DNA of 32,000 nt from Candidatus Saccharimonadota bacterium. Its GTDB lineage: Bacteria > Pseudomonadota > Gammaproteobacteria > Enterobacterales > Enterobacteriaceae. Below, piece after piece: positions 1-7,505 of this stretch. Numbering within the stretch: the stretch's first letter is position 1; each line of letters opens with the position of its first letter. The position numbers and the translations under genes are program-made. Where the stretch lies: positions 240,001-272,000 of the forward strand of contig NC_008513.1 in assembly GCF_000090965.1 (NCBI RefSeq), in the 5' to 3' direction. The notes beneath the pieces are model-generated. The model was given only the letters and a program-made list of their open reading frames with translations, was not told where the DNA came from and searched no databases.

Positions 1-498
1 TCTTTTAGATTTAGAAGAAATAATTCCTAAAATTCGATCTGAATCTCGTATAGAAGAAATTTCAGGATTTGTAACAACAATTGCTTCATCACAAAAATAA
101 AGTGCAATTAAAGCTCCGGATTCTATTCCAGCAGGTGAATCACATATAATAAATTCAAAATTCATATTAGAGAGACTTTTTAATACATATTCTACTCCAT
201 TAGTAGTTAATGAATCTTTATCTCGTGTTTGTGATGCAGGAAGAAGAAACAAATTCTTTATTTTTCTATCTTTAATTAATGCTTGTTGAATTGTTGCTTC
301 TTTATTAATTACATTTATAAAATCATATACTACTCTTCTTTCACATCCCATAATTAAATCTAAATTTCTTAAACCAATATCAAAATCTATAACTACAGCT
401 TTTTTTCCAAGTAACGCTAAACCTGTAGCAATAGAAGCACTTGATGTTGTTTTTCCTACACCACCTTTTCCTGAAGTAATAGTTATAATTTTAGTCAT
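1..498 (-). CDS. minD: Septum site-determining ATPase MinD (N-terminal 166 codons; 3' end outside window)
   Basis: Reverse-strand frame is open from ATG at 498-496 to position 1. It translates MTKIITITSGKGGVGKTT...VVIDFDIGLRNLDLIMGCERRVVYDF...PEISSIRDSDRILGIISSKSKR. It has the deviant Walker A GKGGVGKT and is collinear with E. coli MinD. It lies directly downstream of minC, as in the minCDE operon. Confidence 0.92.
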   Translation of the reverse strand, partial: MTKIITITSGKGGVGKTTSSASIATGLALLGKKAVVIDFDIGLRNLDLIMGCERRVVYDFINVINKEATIQQALIKDRKIKNLFLLPASQTRDKDSLTTNGVEYVLKSLSNMNFEFIICDSPAGIESGALIALYFCDEAIVVTNPEISSIRDSDRILGIISSKSKR

Positions 499-533
499 AT
501 TAAACTTACCTTATTTAGTTAATTAAATTTAAT

Positions 534-1256
534 TTAATGATTATATTTTATAAAAATTTTTTTATTAACCAAACTAATTTCTACACTATTTTCTAAAAAT
601 TTTATCGGAATTTGATCTACTGTGCAGTATTCTCCTGCTATTGATATTAATTCTGCTGATAATTTTGTACAAAAAATTTTTCTAGTTTCATCTCCATGAG
701 CTCCTGCTAATGCTCTTCCTTTCATATTCCCATAAATATGTATATTACCATCTGCAATTAATTCCGCTCCTGGACTAACATTATTTGTTATTATTAAATC
801 TGTATTAGGTGCATAAATTCTTTGCCCCGAACGTATTAATTCATTAACTAAATAACTTTTTTGATTTTTTATGAAAAGAGAAGAATAATGATTTTTATTA
901 CTATTTTTATTAAAAAAATTTTTCTTTTTATTAAAATTTAATAATGTTTTTTTTTTTTTAAACAAAATAGGTAATCCAGATTTTAAAATATCTAGTTTAA
1001 CTGATTCTTTTTTACAACCAAAAATACCAATTAAAAATAATCCAATAGAAAAAAAAAATTTTTTAAGATTAATCCAATTAAAATTAAAAGCTAGTTTTTC
1101 TATATTTAATGCTATTGGTATATTTTTAAAAAAAATAGGAGATTTTTGGATTTTTTTAAGTAAAAATTTTTTAAAATATTTAAAATTTATATTTTCTAAA
1201 TAAATTACTAAAGCAGTAAAATTATTATTTTTAAAAGTTATTAACTTATTTTTCAT
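534..1256 (-). CDS. minC: Septum site-determining protein MinC
   Basis: 240 aa. The C-terminal domain [66 protein letters not shown] is almost collinear with E. coli MinC ([48 protein letters not shown]). It sits 35 bp upstream of minD. Confidence 0.92.
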   Translation of the reverse strand: MKNKLITFKNNNFTALVIYLENINFKYFKKFLLKKIQKSPIFFKNIPIALNIEKLAFNFNWINLKKFFFSIGLFLIGIFGCKKESVKLDILKSGLPILFKKKKTLLNFNKKKNFFNKNSNKNHYSSLFIKNQKSYLVNELIRSGQRIYAPNTDLIITNNVSPGAELIADGNIHIYGNMKGRALAGAHGDETRKIFCTKLSAELISIAGEYCTVDQIPIKFLENSVEISLVNKKIFIKYNH

Positions 1257-1435
1257 ATATTTTTACCTAATTACTAATAATAATATTTAATATAAAAAAA
1301 TATATTTATATAAAAAATTTTTTTTGAATATAAATATTAAATGATATTTTTAAAAATATTTTTGTTATAATATTTAAAAATTTATATAAAAAATTTACTT
1401 TTTTTATATTTTAAACAATTTTTGAAAATAAAATT

Positions 1436-2467
1436 ATGAATAAAACAGTAATTAAAACATTTCAAATATCAAAAGAATACAAAATATTAAAAAAAAATTT
1501 TCAATTATTTAAAAACAAAACTACAATTATATCAGGAATAATACCTAGTGTTTTTTTAAAAATTAATATAATAAAAAGATTTATTTTTTATGTTAATTAT
1601 TTTAATCTTTATCTTAAAATACTTAAAAAAAACAGTAAAAATGTTATTTTTAATAATTTTAACCATAAAAATAAATTATCTTCATATAAACAATTAATTT
1701 TTTTTTTAACAAAAAATAAAAAAGAATTTAAGTTACACTTAACATTTTTATTATCTCATATATCTAAAACTTGCGTGATATATGTTGTTGGTGAAAAAAA
1801 ATGTGGAATTAATAGTATTAGTAAAATTTTTTCTAATTATTTAATATTTAAAAAAATAGATTATGCTAGAACATGTTCTTTATATAAAGCAAAAATAATG
1901 AAATTACCAAAATTTTATTTACATAAATTTATAAACATCTATATTTGGAATAATATAACTATTCAAAGTTTACCAGGAGTTTTTGGATATAAAAAAATTG
2001 ATACTGGTAGTAAATTACTAATATCAACCTTTAATAAAAAAATCAATGGTAAAATATTAGATATTGGTTCAGGTACAGGAATTTTAAGTATAGCTCTAGC
2101 AAAAAAAAATCCATTAATAAAAATTACATTAACTGATATTTATGACGCGGCTATTTGGTGTAGTAAAAATAATCTCATAAAAAATAATTTAATTGGAAAA
2201 GTTTTATTTAGTGATATTTATTCACATATTAAAAAAAGATATGATCTGATTATATCTAATCCACCTATTCATTATAATTTAAAAATTAATTTAAAAATAT
2301 TAAAAAAAATAATAAAAAATTCTAAAAAACATTTAAAAAAGAAAGGAGAATTACGAATAGTAATTAGTTCTTTTATTTCGTTAAAATATATTATTAATTT
2401 TAATAAAATTAATTTTAAAATTTTACTTAAAAATAAATCTTATACAGTAATACAAATTACTAATTAA
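1436..2467 (+). CDS. rsmC: 16S rRNA (guanine1207-N2)-methyltransferase RsmC
   Basis: 343 aa, the same length as E. coli RsmC. Matching motifs: VVGEKKCGI, LPGVFGYKKIDTGSKLL, SAM-binding ILDIGSGTGILS, catalytic ISNPPIH (NPPFH-type), GELRIV. Confidence 0.8.
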   Translation: MNKTVIKTFQISKEYKILKKNFQLFKNKTTIISGIIPSVFLKINIIKRFIFYVNYFNLYLKILKKNSKNVIFNNFNHKNKLSSYKQLIFFLTKNKKEFKLHLTFLLSHISKTCVIYVVGEKKCGINSISKIFSNYLIFKKIDYARTCSLYKAKIMKLPKFYLHKFINIYIWNNITIQSLPGVFGYKKIDTGSKLLISTFNKKINGKILDIGSGTGILSIALAKKNPLIKITLTDIYDAAIWCSKNNLIKNNLIGKVLFSDIYSHIKKRYDLIISNPPIHYNLKINLKILKKIIKNSKKHLKKKGELRIVISSFISLKYIINFNKINFKILLKNKSYTVIQITN

Positions 2468-2482
2468 AATTTAATAAAAATA

Positions 2483-2568
2483 TACCCAGAGCGGGAATTG
2501 AACCCGCAAAGCTATTAAAAGCCGAGGGATTTTAAGTCCCTTGTGTTTACCAATTTCACCATCTGGGC
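2483..2568 (-). tRNA. leuZ: tRNA-Leu (anticodon UAA), no encoded CCA
   Basis: The reverse complement is GCCCAGATGGTGAAATTGGTAAACACAAGGGACTTAAAATCCCTCGGCTTTTAATAGCTTTGCGGGTTCAATTCCCGCTCTGGGTA. Acceptor stem GCCCAGA/TCTGGGT, anticodon loop CTTAAAA, long variable arm. It is near-collinear with E. coli leuZ. Confidence 0.92.
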
Positions 2569-2599
2569 ATGATATATTATATAAAAAAATTTATTTAAT

Positions 2600-2670
2600 A
2601 GGCGCGTTCTGGAATTGAACCAGATTCAACGGATTTGCAATCCGCTACATAACCATTCTGCCAACGCGCC
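2600..2670 (-). tRNA. cysT: tRNA-Cys (anticodon GCA), no encoded CCA
   Basis: The reverse complement is GGCGCGTTGGCAGAATGGTTATGTAGCGGATTGCAAATCCGTTGAATCTGGTTCAATTCCAGAACGCGCCT. Acceptor stem GGCGCGT/ACGCGCC, anticodon loop TTGCAAA. It is very close to E. coli cysT. Confidence 0.92.
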
Positions 2671-2707
2671 ATATATGATTATGAATTCAATATATAAATA
2701 ATAAATA

Positions 2708-2792
2708 TGGAGGAAGAGGGATTCGAACTCTCGGATAATTTCTCATCGGCGGTTTTCAAGACCGCTGCCTTAAACCACTCGGCCATTCCTCC
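2708..2792 (-). tRNA. serT: tRNA-Ser (anticodon UGA), no encoded CCA
   Basis: The reverse complement is GGAGGAATGGCCGAGTGGTTTAAGGCAGCGGTCTTGAAAACCGCCGATGAGAAATTATCCGAGAGTTCGAATCCCTCTTCCTCCA. Acceptor stem GGAGGAA/TTCCTCC, anticodon loop CTTGAAA, long variable arm. Confidence 0.9.
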
Positions 2793-2847
2793 TAAAAAAT
2801 TATTATTATATATTATACAAATTAATTATTTAAAAGTAAAGAAATAC

Positions 2848-2876
2848 AAAAAATATTCTATGAAATACATTTCATA
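2848..2876 (-). terminator. Candidate rho-independent terminator downstream of ompA
   Basis: Inverted repeat tatgaaa/tttcata (2859-2865 / 2870-2876) with a 4-nt loop. On the minus strand it is followed by gaatatttttt. It lies about 40 nt after the ompA stop. The stem is weak and A/T-rich. Confidence 0.3.
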
Positions 2877-2913
2877 AAAATAATTAAATAAATTTTTAAT
2901 TTTATTAAAAAAA

Positions 2914-3996
2914 TTATTTAGAATTTATTTTTAATTCAATATTTACTTTTTGATTTTCAAAATATGGATCATTTAATAAATTTTTCCCTGTAAAAAATTT
3001 ATTTAATATAATATTATTTTTTAAATCTATATTATTTATTCCTTGTATAATAATATTTTTTTTTAAAATTCCATTATTTACAAAAAATTTAGAAATTTCT
3101 AAAGCTCTTTTAAAAGACATAATTTTATTTTTTTTTGTTTTTTTTAATTGATTATTCATATTTCCTGTAATTATAAGATAAATTTTATCTTTTTTTATTT
3201 TACTAATTTTATTTATTAAAACATTTAAAAAATCATTTGATGTAGAAGATAATTTAAAAATTTTAGGATGAAAAAATATTTTATCTTTAATATTTTTATA
3301 TTTATTAAAACTTTCATAATTTTCTAAAAAAAGTTTATTATTACTTTTTTTAAAAAGATTTATAATTTTATCTTTAACAGGATTAAATTTCCATGAAAAA
3401 CCTATATTAACATTATCAGTAAAAGTAGATATCTTATTTAATTGTAATTTATGAAAATGTTTGTTTAAATTAATATCTATATTACTATGTAAATATTTAT
3501 TAATTAACAGTTCTAATCCAATAGAAAATAATGGAGAAAATTTTTTATATTTCTTTATCATAAATATATCTTTTAAACATGTATTATGAATATTAGCTTT
3601 TATTTTTGCTCCAATTTTTGTATAAATATTTAAATATTTTTTTAAAGGATACATAATATTCGTAGCATATTCAACATTAGAAAAATATGCGTTTAATGTA
3701 TTTTTTTTTATATCTTTAATTTTATTTTCTAAAAGATTTAATTTTAATTCAAAATTAAGATAAGGATTTTTCTGATATTTTGTAAAAAAACCAGGATTTA
3801 AAGAAATAATTTTTTTTGTAATATTTTTATAATTTTTTAAACATAAAATTTTATAATTATAAAATGATTTTAAAGGATTTAATGAATTAAATTGAATGCC
3901 AAAATTCCATTTTTTTTTTACAGTATTTGATTCAGCATGAGCAACAGAAAAAATACTAGATAATAGCAAAGTACTGACTATAAAAAATTTTTTCAT
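2914..3996 (-). CDS. ompA: Outer membrane protein A-like porin (signal peptide + beta-barrel region + OmpA C-terminal-like domain)
   Basis: I start the gene at the internal ATG 3996-3994, which is preceded by aagga; the ORF track begins 24 codons earlier. The N-terminus MKKFFIVSTLLLSSIFSVAHA is a classic Sec signal ending AHA. The C-terminus ...MSFKRALEISKFFVNNGILKKNIIIQGINN...ENQKVNIELK parallels E. coli OmpA [30 protein letters not shown]...PDRRVEIEVK. Confidence 0.7.
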   Translation of the reverse strand: MKKFFIVSTLLLSSIFSVAHAESNTVKKKWNFGIQFNSLNPLKSFYNYKILCLKNYKNITKKIISLNPGFFTKYQKNPYLNFELKLNLLENKIKDIKKNTLNAYFSNVEYATNIMYPLKKYLNIYTKIGAKIKANIHNTCLKDIFMIKKYKKFSPLFSIGLELLINKYLHSNIDINLNKHFHKLQLNKISTFTDNVNIGFSWKFNPVKDKIINLFKKSNNKLFLENYESFNKYKNIKDKIFFHPKIFKLSSTSNDFLNVLINKISKIKKDKIYLIITGNMNNQLKKTKKNKIMSFKRALEISKFFVNNGILKKNIIIQGINNIDLKNNIILNKFFTGKNLLNDPYFENQKVNIELKINSK

Positions 3997-4843
3997 ATAT
4001 TTTCCTTGATTTTTAAAATTATTAAATAATATTAATAATATTAATATATTATTATATATTAAATACAATTATTTTATAAAAATAATATATTAAAAAATAA
4101 ATATGGGATATTTTATAAAAAATATTATCTATGATAACTAAATTTTATATTTAAATAAAAATAAAAATATCATTTAAATATAAATTTAAATTTTAAAATA
4201 TTTAATATACAAATATATTATTAACATTTATTTTTAATATTTTAAAATTAAATTAAATAATTATACTATTTAATTATATATTTTTCTTACATAATATATC
4301 AACAGATAAATAAAATTTATTAAATAAAAAAATGATATAAAATAAATATGCAAAAAAAATTATAATAAATATTTTAATAAATTTATGATTATAAAAATAA
4401 TTTAAATATTATTTATAAAATTTTTATAATTAATACAACTATACATACTTAAAATAATAAAATTTAAGTTATTGAAAATAATAGCAGATAAAAAAATTAT
4501 TTAATTTATATATAAAAAAAATTTACTATTTTTATATTATTGAATATTATAATTTAAAAATATAATAATAATAAATTGTATTTAAATATAATAAATCAAA
4601 TTAATTATTTAATTTAATTTAAATAAAAAATAAAAATTATATAATTTTATATATAAATAATTTTATTCAAAATAAATAATTATTAAGATAAATATAAAAT
4701 TTTTTATATGATAATATTCAAAAAAATAAAAAAAAAATTTATTAAATTAAATTATATAAAAATTTACATAAATTTTTTTTTATAAAAATTATTTATTAAA
4801 TAATATAAATTTATATTTATAATATTAAAAGTAGGAATAATAT

Positions 4844-5548
4844 ATGAATAATATAATAAATTCTATAATTACATTAGATGATAGAAATTTAATTAGTAAA
4901 GAAACTATAATAAATCAAGATTATGATAATATAGATACAGAATTTTATAAAAAATATGCTTACAACATTCAAACAAATTCTAGTGATGATCAAATAACAA
5001 ACAAAAAAATAGTAGATATAAATTCAGATGATAATTCATCATTACAATCTTATTCAAATTCTTCAATTGATGAAGACACAGAAACTGGTTGGTTTTCTGT
5101 TTTTGATGATGATGGATATGAAGGGTTTTTACGTGAAGGTCATATTGCTATTAATGAAAATCGCGAATTATGTATGAATAATTATACGTTATTAAATACT
5201 GATGAAAAACCTATTATAGTTCCTGAAAATAAAAAAATTTTAATTAAAATGGACGGTACAATTGTTACTAAAGAAGATAATAATGAAATAAATTATAAAC
5301 CAATATTTTTAGGACAATTAAAATTCATCACTTTAAATAATAATGATGTTATATCTCGTAATGAAAGTGAAATTTTTGATTTAAGTTATTCTGGTTTAGA
5401 AAAATATAAAAACAACAATTTAGAAACAAAATCTAATTATGTGTTAAAAAATACTATCAGAAAAAATGATATTAAAAAAACAAATAATTTGATAAATACA
5501 TTAAATGTTATAAGATCACTTGAATCTGATATGAAAATTAATTCATAA
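4844..5548 (+). CDS. flgF: Flagellar basal-body rod protein, FlgF-like (FlgF/FlgG family)
   Basis: 234 aa, preceded by aggaa. The N-terminal 36 residues align without gaps to E. coli FlgF (..NIDTEFYK vs ..ASTPGFRA). The centre TGWFSVFDDDGYEGFLREGHIAINENRELC...KPIIVPENKKILIKMDGTI matches FlgF DGWLAVQTADGSEGYTRNGSIQVDPTGQL...GPIAVPEGAEITIAADGTI. The C-terminus NVIRSLESDMKI matches ARRFEMQMKV. It lies just upstream of flgH-flgI. The length fits FlgF (251 aa) better than FlgG (260 aa), but the choice between the two is not certain. Confidence 0.6.
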   Translation: MNNIINSIITLDDRNLISKETIINQDYDNIDTEFYKKYAYNIQTNSSDDQITNKKIVDINSDDNSSLQSYSNSSIDEDTETGWFSVFDDDGYEGFLREGHIAINENRELCMNNYTLLNTDEKPIIVPENKKILIKMDGTIVTKEDNNEINYKPIFLGQLKFITLNNNDVISRNESEIFDLSYSGLEKYKNNNLETKSNYVLKNTIRKNDIKKTNNLINTLNVIRSLESDMKINS

Positions 5549-5618
5549 AATAGTATACAAATAAAATTTTTATAATTTATTTTAAATAAAAAATATTTTT
5601 TATTTGACAGAACACATT

Positions 5619-5660
5619 GTATAGAAACTAGATGAAAATCTGTTTCTATACTATATTTTT
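5619..5660 (+). terminator. Candidate rho-independent terminator after flgF
   Basis: Perfect 10-bp inverted repeat gtatagaaac (5619-5628) / gtttctatac (5642-5651). An inner aga/tct pairing extends it. It is followed by tatattttt and lies about 70 nt downstream of the flgF stop. Confidence 0.45.
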
Positions 5661-5816
5661 ATATTAATTTTATTTTAGTAAACATATTTATTACAAAGAA
5701 ATATAGTTTTTTATTTAAAAAAATAAATTTTATTAAATAAATTATTAAAATAAATAATAAAAATATGATTAAAACTATAACTATTTCATATAGTACATTA
5801 GGAAATTATATTTACC

Positions 5817-6464
5817 ATGAAATCAATTTATTTTTTTTTTAAAATAGTTCTATTAACTATTTTAATTAATTTTTTTATATATAATCAATCATTTTCTTAC
5901 AATAAAAAAATCAAGAAGAATAATATTATTCAATTAAATAGTAAAATATTAAATAAAAATAAAAAATCTAAACATAACAATCAATCATGGTTTAATAACT
6001 ATAAAAATTATAGTGTTGGTGATACTATATTAGTAATATTTAATGAAAAAAACATTTTTAAAAACAAAGTTATAAAATATTTAAATAAAAAATCAAATAA
6101 TACAATTTATGCAACTCCATTAATTAGAGAAAATTTTTTTTTAAAAAAAAAAAAAAAAACAAACGATTTTAACATCAAAAAAAAAATATATATAAATAAT
6201 AAAATGATATTTAAAATATCAACTACAGTTATTAAAATTTTAAAAAACAAATATCTAAAAGTTTTAGGAAAAAAAAAAATTATTATTAATAATAGTATAC
6301 AAACAATTAAATTTCGTGGAATTATTGATGCTAAAAAAATAAATTTAAATAATTCTATTCATTCCTCTAAAGTTTCTAATTTTATAATTCAATATATACA
6401 TAAAAACATAAAAAAGAATATTTTATTCTTTTATATAAAAAAAATTATTCATTTTTTCTTTTAA
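5817..6464 (+). CDS. flgH: Flagellar L-ring protein FlgH (divergent, no lipobox cysteine)
   Basis: 215 aa with a hydrophobic N-terminus. SVGDTILVIFNEKN matches E. coli FlgH IGDTLTIVLQENV. ISTTVIKILKNKYLKVLGKKKIIINNSIQTIKFRGIIDAKKINLNNSIHSSKVSNFIIQY matches [60 protein letters not shown]. Confidence 0.75.
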   Translation: MKSIYFFFKIVLLTILINFFIYNQSFSYNKKIKKNNIIQLNSKILNKNKKSKHNNQSWFNNYKNYSVGDTILVIFNEKNIFKNKVIKYLNKKSNNTIYATPLIRENFFLKKKKKTNDFNIKKKIYINNKMIFKISTTVIKILKNKYLKVLGKKKIIINNSIQTIKFRGIIDAKKINLNNSIHSSKVSNFIIQYIHKNIKKNILFFYIKKIIHFFF

Positions 6465-6529
6465 TATATTAATTATATAAATAAAAAATTATTCATTTAT
6501 CTTTCATAAATAAAAAAAAATCTAAAAAT

Positions 6530-7351
6530 ATGAATATTTTATACAAATTTAGATATATTATAATATTTATATATATTATTTTAATAAATATATCTTATGT
6601 TTCTGCAGAAAAAATAAATAATCTTGTATATATTAAAGGAAGTAAAGATATACAACTTATAGGATATGGTTTAGTAGTAGGACTAAATGGAACTGGAGAT
6701 CAAACATTACAAACACCTTTTACGTATCAATCATTAAATAATATGCTTATAAAATTTGGTCTTCATACTAAAAATAGTAAATCTATACAAACGAGAAACA
6801 CCGCCGCGGTTATAGTTACAGCAATAATTTCACCATTTGATTGTATAGGGAAAAAAATTGATATTACTGTATCTTCTATTGGAAATGCAACTAGTCTAAC
6901 TGGTGGAACATTACTCATGACTCCATTAAAAAATATAGATAAAAAAATTTGTGCTATAGCTCAAGGAAATATTCTAATAAAAAAAAAAATAAAAAACAAA
7001 GAAAATAATCCAAATCGAAAAAAAATTATCAACGGAGCTATTCTTGAAAAATCAATTTCAAATAATATTTATAAAAATAATAATGGGAAAATTTTTTTAA
7101 AATTAATAAAAAAAAACAAAAAAATATTAAAAAAAATTTTGAAAAAAATTAATTATTATTATCCTAATATTGCTTATTTAATAGATAAAAAAACTATAAA
7201 ATTATATCTTCCAAAAAAAAAAAACTTACAAGAAAAAATTTTACGTAATATTCTGAATGTTTCAATTTCGATGAAAAATAAAAAATTTAATTATATAAAA
7301 AAAAATAATCAAAAAAAAATAAAAATTTTTGGGAATATTTATTTTCATTAA
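6530..7351 (+). CDS. flgI: Flagellar P-ring protein FlgI, C-terminally truncated (273 aa vs about 365 aa; possible pseudogene)
   Basis: It has a signal-like N-terminus ending VSA. The N-terminal two thirds match strongly: IQLIGYGLVVGLNGTGDQ, TPFTYQSLNNML, NTAAVIVTA, IDITVSSIGNATSLTGGTLLMTPLK, AIAQGNIL, INGAILEK. The ORF stops after ..KIKIFGNIYFH, roughly at the (K)VVIN.RTG.IV.G segment. The conserved C-terminal domain of about 90 aa is absent. Only 154 bp follow before rluC. Confidence 0.8.
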   Translation: MNILYKFRYIIIFIYIILINISYVSAEKINNLVYIKGSKDIQLIGYGLVVGLNGTGDQTLQTPFTYQSLNNMLIKFGLHTKNSKSIQTRNTAAVIVTAIISPFDCIGKKIDITVSSIGNATSLTGGTLLMTPLKNIDKKICAIAQGNILIKKKIKNKENNPNRKKIINGAILEKSISNNIYKNNNGKIFLKLIKKNKKILKKILKKINYYYPNIAYLIDKKTIKLYLPKKKNLQEKILRNILNVSISMKNKKFNYIKKNNQKKIKIFGNIYFH

Positions 7352-7505
7352 TTCTATTTTTTATTTATTAATTAAATTATTAATATATTAAAATTTTTAA
7401 TAAAAATTTTAAATTTATAAAAATTTAAAATAATATTATATACAATATAAAATTACAATATATAATTGTCACATACTATTAATTTATTTTATTAAAGATA
7501 AATAT

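Noticed and set aside
3997-4068. 24-codon N-terminal extension of the ompA ORF in the ORF track (MYLIYNNILILLILFNNFKNQGKY)
   Set aside because: The internal ATG at 3996 is preceded by an aagga SD and begins a canonical Sec signal peptide (MKKFF...SVAHA). The extension would bury the signal peptide.
4069-4843. Possibility that the 775-bp A/T spacer is a CRISPR array, tandem repeat array or replication origin
   Set aside because: I found no recurring repeat unit of fixed length with unique spacers. There are no DnaA-box-like 9-mers (TTATCCACA type) and no flanking cas or dnaA/gidA genes. The apparent repetitiveness is just low-complexity A/T.
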